A DNA stretch of 39,222 nt from a virus (taxonomy: Duplodnaviria; Caudoviricetes): the IMG/VR virus record IMGVR_UViG_3300037991_005116, positions 1 through 39,222 of that record. One strand, written 5' to 3'. Position numbers and translations under genes: made by a program. Below, piece by piece: positions 17,424 to 26,638 of the stretch. The notes beneath the pieces were generated by a model. That model saw only the letters and a list, made by a program, of their open reading frames with translations. It did not search any database and was not told the origin of the DNA. How positions within the stretch are numbered: the stretch's first letter is position 1; the number at the start of each line of letters is the position of its first letter.

Positions 17424-18665
17424 TCAACGCATCTCCGCAAAGGCGGCGGTTAATGCGTCTCGATTCGAATTGAATTTGCGCTTTGGTGTGCCGGACTGAC
17501 CGGCATTCGGAGCGCCTTTGATGGATTTTGCGCCGTCAGGATCTTGTTCAGGACGGGCGGCGGGGGCCTGTGAATGATCAGGGACAATCGCCGGGGCTTC
17601 GGATTGTGAAGACGGGCCTTGCCCGCCAGCCATCCGATATGCCTGTTCCAGCTTTTGGCCCGGCTCCAAACCAGTGCCATATATTTCTTCGATCACGCCG
17701 CTGCGAAGGATGCGCGCGATCGGTGTCTGTAGTTGCTCGAAGTCAGCGTGGGAGGTGCTGAACTGCTCGACAACAGGAGCGACCTTGGCCGATGCCATTT
17801 CGCTCCTGAGGGACTGCAATTCCTGCCGAACGCTGTCGACCTCGGGGTTGCGCTGCGGCTGTTGTTGCTGCTGCTGCCCATTCTGGCCGATAGCCTGTGA
17901 AAACTGCTGCGGCGTCATCTGGGCAATGTGCTTTGCCACATCCTGCAAGCTGTGCTTGATGCCCGCCTCGCGAAGAACAAGCTCCAGACCCGCGATGGGG
18001 TTTCGCTGTAGTGCATCCTCGATCCGCGACACGTTTTCGAGAACGCCCTTGACGCCGCCACGACCATTGCGCTCTGCCATCTCATCGAACTGGCGAACGG
18101 CCTCAAACTTGTCGGCAGACTGCTTGGTTTCCTGAATGCGCGTTTCGTATTCTTCGGAAACGCGGTGCATCTCTGCCTTGATTTCGTTCGGCGTGTTGGC
18201 CCACTTGGCGCGGGCCTCGGGGAGAAACCGGGCGGGCGGATCAACGTGCTTGCGCCCCTCAGACGGACGAACCTCGTCGCCGCCCTGCCCGGCTGCGGCC
18301 TTGTCCGGCGCGCCTTGTTCAGCCTTGGGGGCCGTTTCTTCCGCCTTCGCGTCGGTCTTGACGGCGGCGTTGTCCTTCGGCGCGTCTGCCTTGGCCTTCT
18401 CGGCTTTGGCATCATCCGGCCTGGTGTCATCCTTCGCGTCGGGCTTGGCACTCTTCTCCGCCTCGCGCTTCGTGTCGCCTTCCCTGAACGCCTTTTCCAG
18501 CGCCTCACGGGTGGACAGCGACTTCGGGGCTTCCTTGGCGTCGGGCTTCGGAGCGGCTTCCGGCGTCACCTCGGCTCCACGACCGAGGGCGGTTGCGTCG
18601 GCCTCGCGGTTTTCGATGACTTGTGATTGAGCGGCGTCGTTCGCCGCCGGGATGGCGTCGGTCAT
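17424..18665 (-). CDS. capsid scaffolding protein
   Basis: 413 aa, low-complexity A/K/D/E N-terminus, helical core, Q run, directly upstream of capsid. Confidence 0.75.
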   Translation of the reverse strand: MTDAIPAANDAAQSQVIENREADATALGRGAEVTPEAAPKPDAKEAPKSLSTREALEKAFREGDTKREAEKSAKPDAKDDTRPDDAKAEKAKADAPKDNAAVKTDAKAEETAPKAEQGAPDKAAAGQGGDEVRPSEGRKHVDPPARFLPEARAKWANTPNEIKAEMHRVSEEYETRIQETKQSADKFEAVRQFDEMAERNGRGGVKGVLENVSRIEDALQRNPIAGLELVLREAGIKHSLQDVAKHIAQMTPQQFSQAIGQNGQQQQQQPQRNPEVDSVRQELQSLRSEMASAKVAPVVEQFSTSHADFEQLQTPIARILRSGVIEEIYGTGLEPGQKLEQAYRMAGGQGPSSQSEAPAIVPDHSQAPAARPEQDPDGAKSIKGAPNAGQSGTPKRKFNSNRDALTAAFAEMR

Positions 18666-18696
18666 GGTGTATATCCTTGTCTGAGGAGGAAGGTGG

Positions 18697-19050
18697 TTAG
18701 ACTGGCGCTTTGTTCAGCACCGGGGGAACGCGCCCGGCATCAACATCAGCGATAGCGCGGGCAATGGCGTCACGGTTGGCCTTGCGGTCCTTTTTGGGCG
18801 GCGTGAACGTGGTGATGTCCTCGTTACCGACCTCGGCATAGTCGACGCCCTGTGGGTTCCCGCTGGCCTTGTAGGTGGCCCGGAGCGATGCCGGATCATC
18901 GTAATACTTGCCGTCCGCCATGGACTTCACCGGGGCGGAGAATTGCCGCACGATGCGCGGGCACGGGAACGAACCCGGCTGCACCGCGTCCGCCTGAGGG
19001 CCGTATCGCTTCTTCCAGCCCCGATCCGTCTTGATCCAGCCGTCGCTCAT
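18697..19050 (-). CDS. conserved head-module hypothetical protein
   Basis: PVKSMADGKYY.....R...K..G...EVGNE motif. Confidence 0.75.
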   Translation of the reverse strand: MSDGWIKTDRGWKKRYGPQADAVQPGSFPCPRIVRQFSAPVKSMADGKYYDDPASLRATYKASGNPQGVDYAEVGNEDITTFTPPKKDRKANRDAIARAIADVDAGRVPPVLNKAPV

Positions 19051-19241
19051 GCGCGCACCGGCATCAAGACATTCACTGCCTGCGCAAGCCGTTCAGTCGG
19101 ATGCGAAACCCTTCCACGGCAAGATTCGCCAAGCCACCCGCCCTGACCTGCATCAAAGCCAAGAACCATAAACGACCCGACCGGGGATGATACGGCACCG
19201 CTTCCGGCGACCATGCGCATAAACTCCCAGACGGTCATCAT
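19047..19241 (-). CDS. hypothetical protein
   Basis: 64 aa, ATGA-coupled on both sides. Confidence 0.5.
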   Translation of the reverse strand: MMTVWEFMRMVAGSGAVSSPVGSFMVLGFDAGQGGWLGESCRGRVSHPTERLAQAVNVLMPVRA

Positions 19242-19438
19242 GCCTTCAGCGCAGCCACGATATCAGCCGCCGTGCTGCTCGGTGTCAGGGCCGCAATCTC
19301 AGCCTTGCCAGTGGTCGCAGCCGTGGTCACAGCCGTAGCGGTAGCCGTAGCGGTAGCCGCAGATTGTTCGTCAACCTCTTTTGCCAGCCCTGAAGGCATA
19401 CCCATTGCCATGAGTTTCTGTGTGTTAGTTGATGCCAT
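19238..19438 (-). CDS. small Ala/Thr-rich protein (possible head fibre/decoration)
   Basis: 66 aa, AAGGA RBS; TAADIVAALKA C-terminus. Confidence 0.65.
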   Translation of the reverse strand: MASTNTQKLMAMGMPSGLAKEVDEQSAATATATATAVTTAATTGKAEIAALTPSSTAADIVAALKA

Positions 19439-19501
19439 TTTCTGATTCCTTTTCGGGTTGTATGTTGTGTCTCTTCGCCGCGATCTGCTCTGTCTGCCTG
19501 G

Positions 19502-19675
19502 TCATGGTGGGGGTGGTGGAAGGTTCGAGACGATCATGGGCTGGCCATTCACGTCGACCAGAACGATGGGCACACCGCGCCCGCTGTCTGCGACGATTGC
19601 AGGGGGCGCGTTCGCACTAACGGCAATGACCGGGATGCCGCGCCCGTTGTTGGCGATAACCACTGGTTTGCTCAT
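19502..19675 (-). CDS. small internally repeated protein (57 aa, below the ORF-track cut-off)
   Basis: MSKPVVIANNGRGIPVIAV...PAIVADSGRGVPIVLV...PPPPP*; GGAG RBS, ATGA overlap with portal stop. Confidence 0.65.
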   Translation of the reverse strand: MSKPVVIANNGRGIPVIAVSANAPPAIVADSGRGVPIVLVDVNGQPMIVSNLPPPPP

Positions 19676-22038
19676 CGTGCAGGCTCCGGGGCGGGTTGCT
19701 GAACATGCATATCCTGCCGATCCTCGCCACGGTCGGCGCGGGCGTTGCTGCGCTCCGATTCAACCGCTTGCCGTTCCCGGTCCTGCGCACTCATGGCCTG
19801 ATCTACCTGCTTGGCCTGCGTGTTCTCGGCAGCCCGGTATTCCTCAAGTTCCTGTTTCCGCGCATCCAGTCCGATGCTTTCGAGGATCTTGGCTGTCTCC
19901 GCCTGCATTTTATTAACCCGCGCATCCGTCTCAGCCATCTTGGCCGCGAAGTCCTGCTCCTGCTTGCTCATGGTCATCTGCAACTGGCTGACCTTAAGCT
20001 GGCCTTCCTGCTGATCCTTCGATGCCTTGATCTGCATTTCCTGCAATTTGCCCTGCATGTCGGCCTGGTCCTTGGCAGACTTGGCCTTGACGTTTTCCAT
20101 GGCAGCCTGCGCCTTGATCGTCTCGGCTTCGGCCAGCTTCATATTGGCCGCAGCCAACCCGTCATCGCCTTCGCCCTGCTGACCCATCATGCTCGGGGCC
20201 GTTTCGATGAAATCATCAATCATGCCGTCCAACTCACGGCCCGCACGATACGGTGCCAGTGCGAACTTGATCATGCCGCCTGCCAGAGTAGCGCCACTTT
20301 CGCCGGCTGCGAGAAGCGGTTGAATGGATACGCTGGCATTGCTGAACGCCGTCAGGAACTCAGCCCGTGACTGCTTTTCCGCCATCTCATCAACCATGAT
20401 CGTGCTGTCTGTCTCGATATCAATCGCAAACGCACGGGCCTTCTGGTCGCGAAGCAAATCCATAACGTCTTCAATGGGAACCTGCTCTGCCACGCCCCGC
20501 ATCATCGGCTGATACTTGGCGATGATCTGCTGTTGCGCCTGTTCGAACTGCTGTTCAGCCTGTGCAACCTGTTCCGGGTCAGGCTGTTGGCCGCGCATCT
20601 GAGAGGCAACCTCCATGGCCTTTGCCTCAAGCGCATCCATTTCAGCCTCGGCTGCGGTTTCCATGTCGCTGATCTGTTTCTTCAACTCAGCCCGCGTTGG
20701 CAGCTTCATCTGCGCCATGTCCTGAATGTCGGCGGCACTGAACTTCTCGGCGATGATTTCGGCTTTGATGCGGGCCACGTCGCGCGCCACGCGCTGCAAT
20801 TCGTCGATCTTTTCGCGAACCCGAACGGACCCGAACTGACTCTTTAGCTGCTGGGCACCCAACGTCTCACCGGCATCCGTGGCCCCGCGCATGATATCGC
20901 TGATGCCCGATAGCTCGTAGAAGTTCTGGATAAGCTCGCGGCGGGCGTCCAGCAGGCCGGTAATGGCGGATGCAAACTCCTGCAACGGCAGGAACTGGAC
21001 GAACTGACCGCTGCCCTGCATAAGCGCCGCAGACGGGATGGGGATCAACATCACATCGTCGTCGCCCGTCGCCGACAGGGCCGTCTCGATAGCACTCCCA
21101 ACGTCACCGCCACCGGGAATCAGGCCCTTGACCTTGATCCACGACAGGAGCGCGTGAACGCGGCGCGTCAGCTCGTTGATCTGCTCCAAGGTGCGCTGAT
21201 ACCGGACGTAATCCGGCACCGGCATGAGCTGACGGCGCTTGAGCGTCCCGTAAGCGGGGCGTGGGCAGGGAAAGAACCCCTCAAGGCTCAGGAACGGCGC
21301 GCTGTCGTCCAGCATGTCCTCTGCGCCCTCAGACACCCAGTAGACGCGGTTGTCGGCCTTGTGCCAGACCTCCCAGACCTTGCACTTGGCGGCGGTGTCG
21401 ACGCGGTATCCGTTGGCGTCATCCCGGCGTACGTTGAATTCGACGTTTTCGATATCCGCCTTCGGGAAGCGCTTCTCGAACTCCCTGCGGCTCAGATATG
21501 CGGCGAACGCGACCCAACCGACCTCAGACCACTTGCGGGCAGGCTCGTGCAGGAAGTCCGTGCGGTCGACGTGTTCATCGCACACCCGCTTGCCGTCGTC
21601 TGTCTCGTAATAAACCCGCGCGGCACCCCTGCCGTTGGTGCAGAGGTCATCGCGGACCCCAAGCATGACCTGGTCGAAATCGCTGCGATCGAACGACGAG
21701 GTAAGGCACCGCTCCAATAGTTCCGACGCCTTGATTGCCGTCTGGTTCCGATCCGGGAACTTCGGCGAAACGACAGGTTGCGGCGGGCGTGAATAGGTCG
21801 CGGGCTTGATGATTTCGAGCGATGCCCAATACAGGTCAAATTCCTGATCGGAAAAGCCGTTCGTCAGTTCGCCGTATGTCTCGCCCGTGGCATCAATGAT
21901 CCGGTCAATCCGGTCGCACACCCGCCACCACGGCTCGAATGAAGTCCGGGCGACGGCAAGCGCATCAAGCACAATTGCAGCGGACTTGGGCGCGTCATCG
22001 TCCTGAAAACTGTCGTCGTGCTGTAGATTGTCAGCCAA
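19672..22038 (-). CDS. portal protein
   Basis: 788 aa directly after terminase; WEVW.K, FFPCPRP, GISDIMRG, IDIETDST motifs and long C-terminal coiled coil (P22-like barrel). Confidence 0.88.
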   Translation of the reverse strand: MADNLQHDDSFQDDDAPKSAAIVLDALAVARTSFEPWWRVCDRIDRIIDATGETYGELTNGFSDQEFDLYWASLEIIKPATYSRPPQPVVSPKFPDRNQTAIKASELLERCLTSSFDRSDFDQVMLGVRDDLCTNGRGAARVYYETDDGKRVCDEHVDRTDFLHEPARKWSEVGWVAFAAYLSRREFEKRFPKADIENVEFNVRRDDANGYRVDTAAKCKVWEVWHKADNRVYWVSEGAEDMLDDSAPFLSLEGFFPCPRPAYGTLKRRQLMPVPDYVRYQRTLEQINELTRRVHALLSWIKVKGLIPGGGDVGSAIETALSATGDDDVMLIPIPSAALMQGSGQFVQFLPLQEFASAITGLLDARRELIQNFYELSGISDIMRGATDAGETLGAQQLKSQFGSVRVREKIDELQRVARDVARIKAEIIAEKFSAADIQDMAQMKLPTRAELKKQISDMETAAEAEMDALEAKAMEVASQMRGQQPDPEQVAQAEQQFEQAQQQIIAKYQPMMRGVAEQVPIEDVMDLLRDQKARAFAIDIETDSTIMVDEMAEKQSRAEFLTAFSNASVSIQPLLAAGESGATLAGGMIKFALAPYRAGRELDGMIDDFIETAPSMMGQQGEGDDGLAAANMKLAEAETIKAQAAMENVKAKSAKDQADMQGKLQEMQIKASKDQQEGQLKVSQLQMTMSKQEQDFAAKMAETDARVNKMQAETAKILESIGLDARKQELEEYRAAENTQAKQVDQAMSAQDRERQAVESERSNARADRGEDRQDMHVQQPAPEPAR

Positions 22039-23512
22039 GGCGCTGCCCCTTCAGGTGCTTTAGTGCGGGCGCTCGAATATCGCCGGTCGTGTGGACAACG
22101 TGCGGCTCTGTCTTGCCCTTGGGTGTGGCGCCGCTGCTCATCCTGTCGATAAGCTGGCCAACAAGGCCAAGCGCATCCACCTGATCGTCGTGGACGGCGA
22201 CCGGGAATCCCATCATCTCGCTGACAAGATCCGCCAGAAACGGTGCGTTCTTCTGAATCCTCAGGCCGCGTGTGGCAATCAATCCCCGGAACGACTGAGC
22301 GCGAACTGCCTTGTCGCCGCGTGTGGCAAACTGCTCTCGTGCAACATACGTGCCGCGCTCCATCATTCGCTTCAGCAGGAACGGCCCGACGCCTGACTTG
22401 ATTTGCCCGGCTTCTTCGGCCCAGCCTACCGGCTTCCATTTGGCCACAAGGTCACAGAACGATTCCACCCATACGTCAGACGCTGCCTGTTGCCGCCACA
22501 GGTCCAGGAGGTAAGGATTGCCTTCCGGATCAAGCCCGACAACGGCGTGGACCGTGAAGTCGCCGCCCTTTGCAGTGACCGCGTAGTCGCTGCCCCCGTA
22601 AACAAACATAGAGTCGCGCGGAGGCATCGCCTCGATGGTGTGTATCCACTCGCGCTTGAAGTAATCACCGCTCTCTGGGCTTGGCCTCTGCTGGTAGAGC
22701 GCAGACCAGTCCCTAGGTCCGACTGCCTGCCTGATCTTTTCCAGTGCTTCGACAGGATACTGTTCCGGCCATAAAGCGTTGCCCGCGTCATCAATCGCAG
22801 GGAGGTTCAGAACGTCCCAGCCTTCATGGCCATGCTCATCCTGCAACCAACCGGCCAGGTCGCCCTCATGCCACCTTGTCTGGATGACCACGATGCGACC
22901 GCCGGGCATCAGGCGAGTGTATGCCGTGGACGTATACCAGTCCTTGGTCTTGCGCCTGATTATCTCTGACTCGGCGTCCTCCCGGTTTTTCACCGGGTCA
23001 TCAATAAGCAACAGGTGAGCGCCACGCCCTGTCAGGGGGCCACCTACGCCAACGGCATAGTATGCACCACGCTGGGCCAGTTTATGCTCTATTCCGCCCA
23101 GAGAATCTTCGACGTTGAACCGCTTGGCGCTCTTGCTGTCTCCGCTAAGGGCGACGCCGGGGAATATGCTGTTATAGCACTCGTCGCTTATCTGATTTTT
23201 GACCTTGCGACCGAAATCATCCGCCAGATCCTGCGCATATGTCGCTGTGACAACGTAGTGATCCGGGTTCCTGCCAAGATACCAGGCCGGGAAGAACTCA
23301 GATGCCAGCATCGACTTGCCGTGTCGCGGTGGCATTGTAATCATCAGACGCTTGATATCGCCGCGCTCTACAGCTTCCAGCTTACGGGCAATCGCCCTGT
23401 GGTGTGGCGCGTCTTTATATCCCGGCCATTGGTATGCCGCGTATGAGATCAAACGGGAGAATGCGTAATCCTCAGCGGTCGGCGCGGGAAGCGGCTGCGA
23501 CTGCGGCATCAC
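22031..23512 (-). CDS. terL: terminase large subunit
   Basis: Walker A MPPRHGKS, Walker B LLLIDDP, QTRWHEGDL, SALYQQRP, C-terminal HDDQVDA nuclease motif. Confidence 0.95.
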   Translation of the reverse strand: MMPQSQPLPAPTAEDYAFSRLISYAAYQWPGYKDAPHHRAIARKLEAVERGDIKRLMITMPPRHGKSMLASEFFPAWYLGRNPDHYVVTATYAQDLADDFGRKVKNQISDECYNSIFPGVALSGDSKSAKRFNVEDSLGGIEHKLAQRGAYYAVGVGGPLTGRGAHLLLIDDPVKNREDAESEIIRRKTKDWYTSTAYTRLMPGGRIVVIQTRWHEGDLAGWLQDEHGHEGWDVLNLPAIDDAGNALWPEQYPVEALEKIRQAVGPRDWSALYQQRPSPESGDYFKREWIHTIEAMPPRDSMFVYGGSDYAVTAKGGDFTVHAVVGLDPEGNPYLLDLWRQQAASDVWVESFCDLVAKWKPVGWAEEAGQIKSGVGPFLLKRMMERGTYVAREQFATRGDKAVRAQSFRGLIATRGLRIQKNAPFLADLVSEMMGFPVAVHDDQVDALGLVGQLIDRMSSGATPKGKTEPHVVHTTGDIRAPALKHLKGQRLG

Positions 23513-23939
23513 GTTGTTCTTTCGTTTGAGTCGTTACGTCCACTCGTGCGTTCAATTCCAACTTGTCGCCATAAACCTTGGGGCGCAGCTTTCCGGCCAT
23601 CCACTTGCGGGCGTCGATGCGGAGTTTGGACCGCTGGATGTGCTCCCCGTTGGCCTGCCAGCCCGCGTCGTCTTTGCCGTTACGCTCCATCCAGTCGTTA
23701 TGAGCGTCATCGGCAATTGTCAGTATTTCCTCGAATATCTTGTCGGCCTGATCCTCTCGCGCGCGCGCATACCGCGCCACAAACTCCGGGTCGCTAGCCA
23801 ACCGCTTGTTCAAAGTGCCCCACGAAGGCAGCCAATCATCATTACAGATGCTGCGCGTAGATTCACCATTGGCAATGCGCTCGAATATCTCGGCTTCAAT
23901 CTCATCCGTCCATGCGAATGGGGGGCGTCCACCTGCCAT
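23472..23939 (-). CDS. terS: terminase small subunit (Sf6 gp1-like)
   Basis: GRP...I.ERIANGES.RSIC...YARARE.QAD...IDARKW.AGKL.PK.YGDK. Confidence 0.92.
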   Translation of the reverse strand: MAGGRPPFAWTDEIEAEIFERIANGESTRSICNDDWLPSWGTLNKRLASDPEFVARYARAREDQADKIFEEILTIADDAHNDWMERNGKDDAGWQANGEHIQRSKLRIDARKWMAGKLRPKVYGDKLELNARVDVTTQTKEQRDAAVAAASRADR

Positions 23940-24253
23940 GTTGATACCTCGCCAGTCTGAATGGCTGCGTTATTGCCCCCGCCCGACATTCCACGCCTCA
24001 ATGACCCGCTAGGGGGCGCCATTCGTGCGAATGGGGCAGCGGAAAAGGCGACCGCGCCGGAGTGTGATGCCCTCACGCCAATCCGGTTCGCCCCGTGATC
24101 GGGGTTCGCTTACTCCCTCTTCGGGGGCAGGGGCGGCGGTTCAAATCGGATGCTTTCGCAGGGCCGGGACTTCCATGGTGCGGGGTGTTTCTGAATTCGG
24201 AAACAGCTTTAGCGCACTACAGTTTCCTGCGCGCGCTCTCGCTTCTAGGGATG

Positions 24254-24282
24254 TGTCTGCCATTCCGGCACCATGGGGTCAA
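24254..24282 (-). promoter_or_regulatory. putative late promoter
   Basis: TTGACC-N17-CAGACA (weak -10) just after the DUF6456-like gene, upstream of a 300-nt structured leader and terS. Confidence 0.45.
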
Positions 24283-24300
24283 TACCTTTTTCACTGGCCG

Positions 24301-24837
24301 CTAACCCTCTGTCCTGAAATGCGCCGACAGCGCGTCCAGCCCCATGCGCAGCGCAACCATCCGCGCTCTGGTCTCGCGCCAGTGAATGCCAGCATCGTCG
24401 GCTTGCAGTCCCAGCCGTTCGTCGTTCAGAGCCACCCACTCCACCGCAGATTGCGCAGGCCTGGGGACCGCTGCCCAGGCCTTGCGGTATTCCGCCCTCG
24501 CGTCTACCGCACCGGCGAGAGGGTCCGACCCGCTACCCATGCGATCGGTCTTCGGTGCGGTCGGGTCGCGGTCCACGTCGCCTGACCAGAGCGCGTAGAG
24601 GCGCAGACCGGCCTCGCACTGAGCCGCCGTGATGCGCCCCTGCCCCCGATAGGTCTCAAGGACAGGCTGACGGCGCACACCCTTGACGCCGTTCGGATTC
24701 ACCGTCTTGCCGGTAACCGGGTCAGCCTCGCCGCGATCCTCGATGACAGTATCGCGCCGGGCGGCGGGGGCGGATGGCCCCATGTCCCACGGGCCTGGCT
24801 TCGGCTGAGTTGGTCTGCGTTTGCGGCTCTTGGCCAT
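24301..24837 (-). CDS. DUF6456 (GafA/GafZ-like) late-gene activator/antiterminator
   Basis: G.IT..Q..AG.RL...; A....R.A..A.P......V.WV; C-terminal LRMGLDALSAHF; lambda-Q-equivalent position. Confidence 0.65.
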   Translation of the reverse strand: MAKSRKRRPTQPKPGPWDMGPSAPAARRDTVIEDRGEADPVTGKTVNPNGVKGVRRQPVLETYRGQGRITAAQCEAGLRLYALWSGDVDRDPTAPKTDRMGSGSDPLAGAVDARAEYRKAWAAVPRPAQSAVEWVALNDERLGLQADDAGIHWRETRARMVALRMGLDALSAHFRTEG

Positions 24838-25015
24838 GTGGTGTCCTCTCTCGGGGGATATTCTTCAGACACGAACTTGTGCCCGGTTACTGCGGTCACC
24901 CCCCAAACATGGCCGCTGAGCGCCGCCTTGCCCGCTTGGCGGGGGGAGGTCCAAAACAATGAGACCTGTCCACCAGCGGGCCGCTTTGGGGCTTGTGGCG
25001 GGCATTTCATCTCCC

Positions 25016-25276
25016 TCATGCGCCGATGCCCCCATTCGCCTGCTGGATTGCCTTCGCTGCCCTGCATGTATCGCAGAGCCATGCGTTTCGCAGGTGAACC
25101 CGTGCGCCGCATTCGCAGAGCCGACGGGCAGACGGGGCCAATGGTGCATACCTGTCGCGCGATGCAGCTTCCCCGTCGACGGGGAACGGCTCCGATGCGA
25201 GGCTGACCGCCATTGCCCTTGGGGGTTTGATGGACCCGGTTACGGCCGTTTCCTGGATGATGACCTTGCGGATCAT
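25016..25276 (-). CDS. small protein with possible Zn finger
   Basis: CECG...CDTC; ATGA-coupled, GGAA RBS. Confidence 0.6.
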   Translation of the reverse strand: MIRKVIIQETAVTGSIKPPRAMAVSLASEPFPVDGEAASRDRYAPLAPSARRLCECGARVHLRNAWLCDTCRAAKAIQQANGGIGA

Positions 25277-25734
25277 GCGGCTTCCCTCATCAGTTTGCCG
25301 ACCATGACGGCGGCGTCTTTCGGTATGTCTGGGTCATCGAACGATGCGCGCAGGGCGGCCATGATGCGCGACCCGCTGCGGCTGGTGTGCCAAGCGCCAT
25401 AGCCTCGCGGCAGATCGATCCCGAACCGCTTGGCGTGTTTCGCCACGTTGCCCTCTGACATGCGGATGACCCGGGACAGATCGCGCTTGCACAAACCATG
25501 GCGCATCGCCCAGCGGAGAGCGCGGGCCAGTTCCTTCTCGCGCTCCAGGTGATCCTCCCTGAACCGGCGACGATCAACGCCGTTGGCGAAGCGCAGGCCG
25601 GTTCGCCATTCCCACTTGCGGGCGGCATCGTAGGTCACCCCACGGGCCTTGGCGGCTTGCATGCGGGTCATGCCGCGGGCGTGGCATTGGTCCCACGTCG
25701 GGGTCACGCGCTGGAAGCAAGCGGCGTGTGTCAT
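25273..25734 (-). CDS. tandem HTH-like DNA-binding protein
   Basis: GMTRMQAAKARGVTYDAARKW and GLCKRDLSRVIRMSEGNVAKHAKRFGI. Confidence 0.65.
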   Translation of the reverse strand: MTHAACFQRVTPTWDQCHARGMTRMQAAKARGVTYDAARKWEWRTGLRFANGVDRRRFREDHLEREKELARALRWAMRHGLCKRDLSRVIRMSEGNVAKHAKRFGIDLPRGYGAWHTSRSGSRIMAALRASFDDPDIPKDAAVMVGKLMREAA

Positions 25735-25798
25735 ATCTCAGCCTCGATGATTCCGGCGAGACGAACGGTCGCGGATTGGGATGTCATGGCTGTTCCTT

Positions 25799-26386
25799 TC
25801 AAAACGGAATCGGATCATTGAGTTCGTCTTTCGACAAAGCGGGGCGGGGCGTGACTTTTGTTATTTCCGCGCCGGGTAATGCGTCTTTCGTTTTATTGAT
25901 AAACGGCAATGCCGAATAGGCTGAGAATGTCACGACGGCCTCTCGCAATGTCAGAATGCGCAAATCGGGTCGAATTGCTTCCGCCAATTTCCAATCCCTC
26001 ACGTCTCTGATCATTCCGTATTTCGCGCCATCAATTTCTATTTCCCATATCTCGGGACACTGGGGTTTGTGTCCGGCCGCCTCGGCCTCGGCGTTCATGG
26101 CGGCGAGACCTCGAATGCAGACGGCGGCGCGGGCGGCTACCTCGTCACGGTCCAGAGCGTTCAGGGCGTCGTTCAGCTTGCCCATCGCCGAACCGTATTT
26201 CCCGGCTGTTTCAGGCGAGACGAATTCGGGCAGGCGGTCGATGCCCCACTTGTTTTCCATTTCGATCGCGGCCCGGTCGAAAGGGGCCACGGCGTGGTGG
26301 CATGCAATCTCGACGGCTCGGGCGTCGGGACTGACGATTGCATCGCCCTTTTTCAGGCGACGAGGGCGAGATTGTTTTGCGGTCAT
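25799..26386 (-). CDS. conserved phage hypothetical protein
   Basis: MENKWGIDRLP..VS.E.A.K; C-terminal NDPIPF tail; GGAGG RBS. Confidence 0.8.
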   Translation of the reverse strand: MTAKQSRPRRLKKGDAIVSPDARAVEIACHHAVAPFDRAAIEMENKWGIDRLPEFVSPETAGKYGSAMGKLNDALNALDRDEVAARAAVCIRGLAAMNAEAEAAGHKPQCPEIWEIEIDGAKYGMIRDVRDWKLAEAIRPDLRILTLREAVVTFSAYSALPFINKTKDALPGAEITKVTPRPALSKDELNDPIPF

Positions 26387-26406
26387 GTTGCCTCCGATTT
26401 TGTGGC

Positions 26407-26624
26407 TGTCCGGCCGGTGCTGTCCGGTTGGCGCGTCCTAGGGACACGCCGCCGGACAGACAGACGCACTTTGAGACCAACCGGACAGCACCGGACAATC
26501 AACCGGACACTCTTACGTGTTTGTTTTTGTGCTGAAAAAAGCCCAAGTGTCCGGCGAGTGTCCGGCTGTTTGTCCGGCAAAAGATGAAGCCGGTTTTCAA
26601 GGGCCTCCGGACAGCCACCGGACA
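26407..26624. repeat. iteron cluster, putative replication origin
   Basis: 11 copies of TGTCCGG/CCGGACA in both orientations around an AT-rich core (26511-26540), directly downstream of primase-helicase. Confidence 0.75.
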
Positions 26625-26638
26625 GATGATTTTTTGCG

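Noticed and set aside
24170-24278. tRNA-Leu/Ser-like look (GGAATGGCAGACAC resembles a D loop) on the minus strand
   Set aside because: No anticodon arm at the right spacing, no GTTCRA T loop and no CCA end
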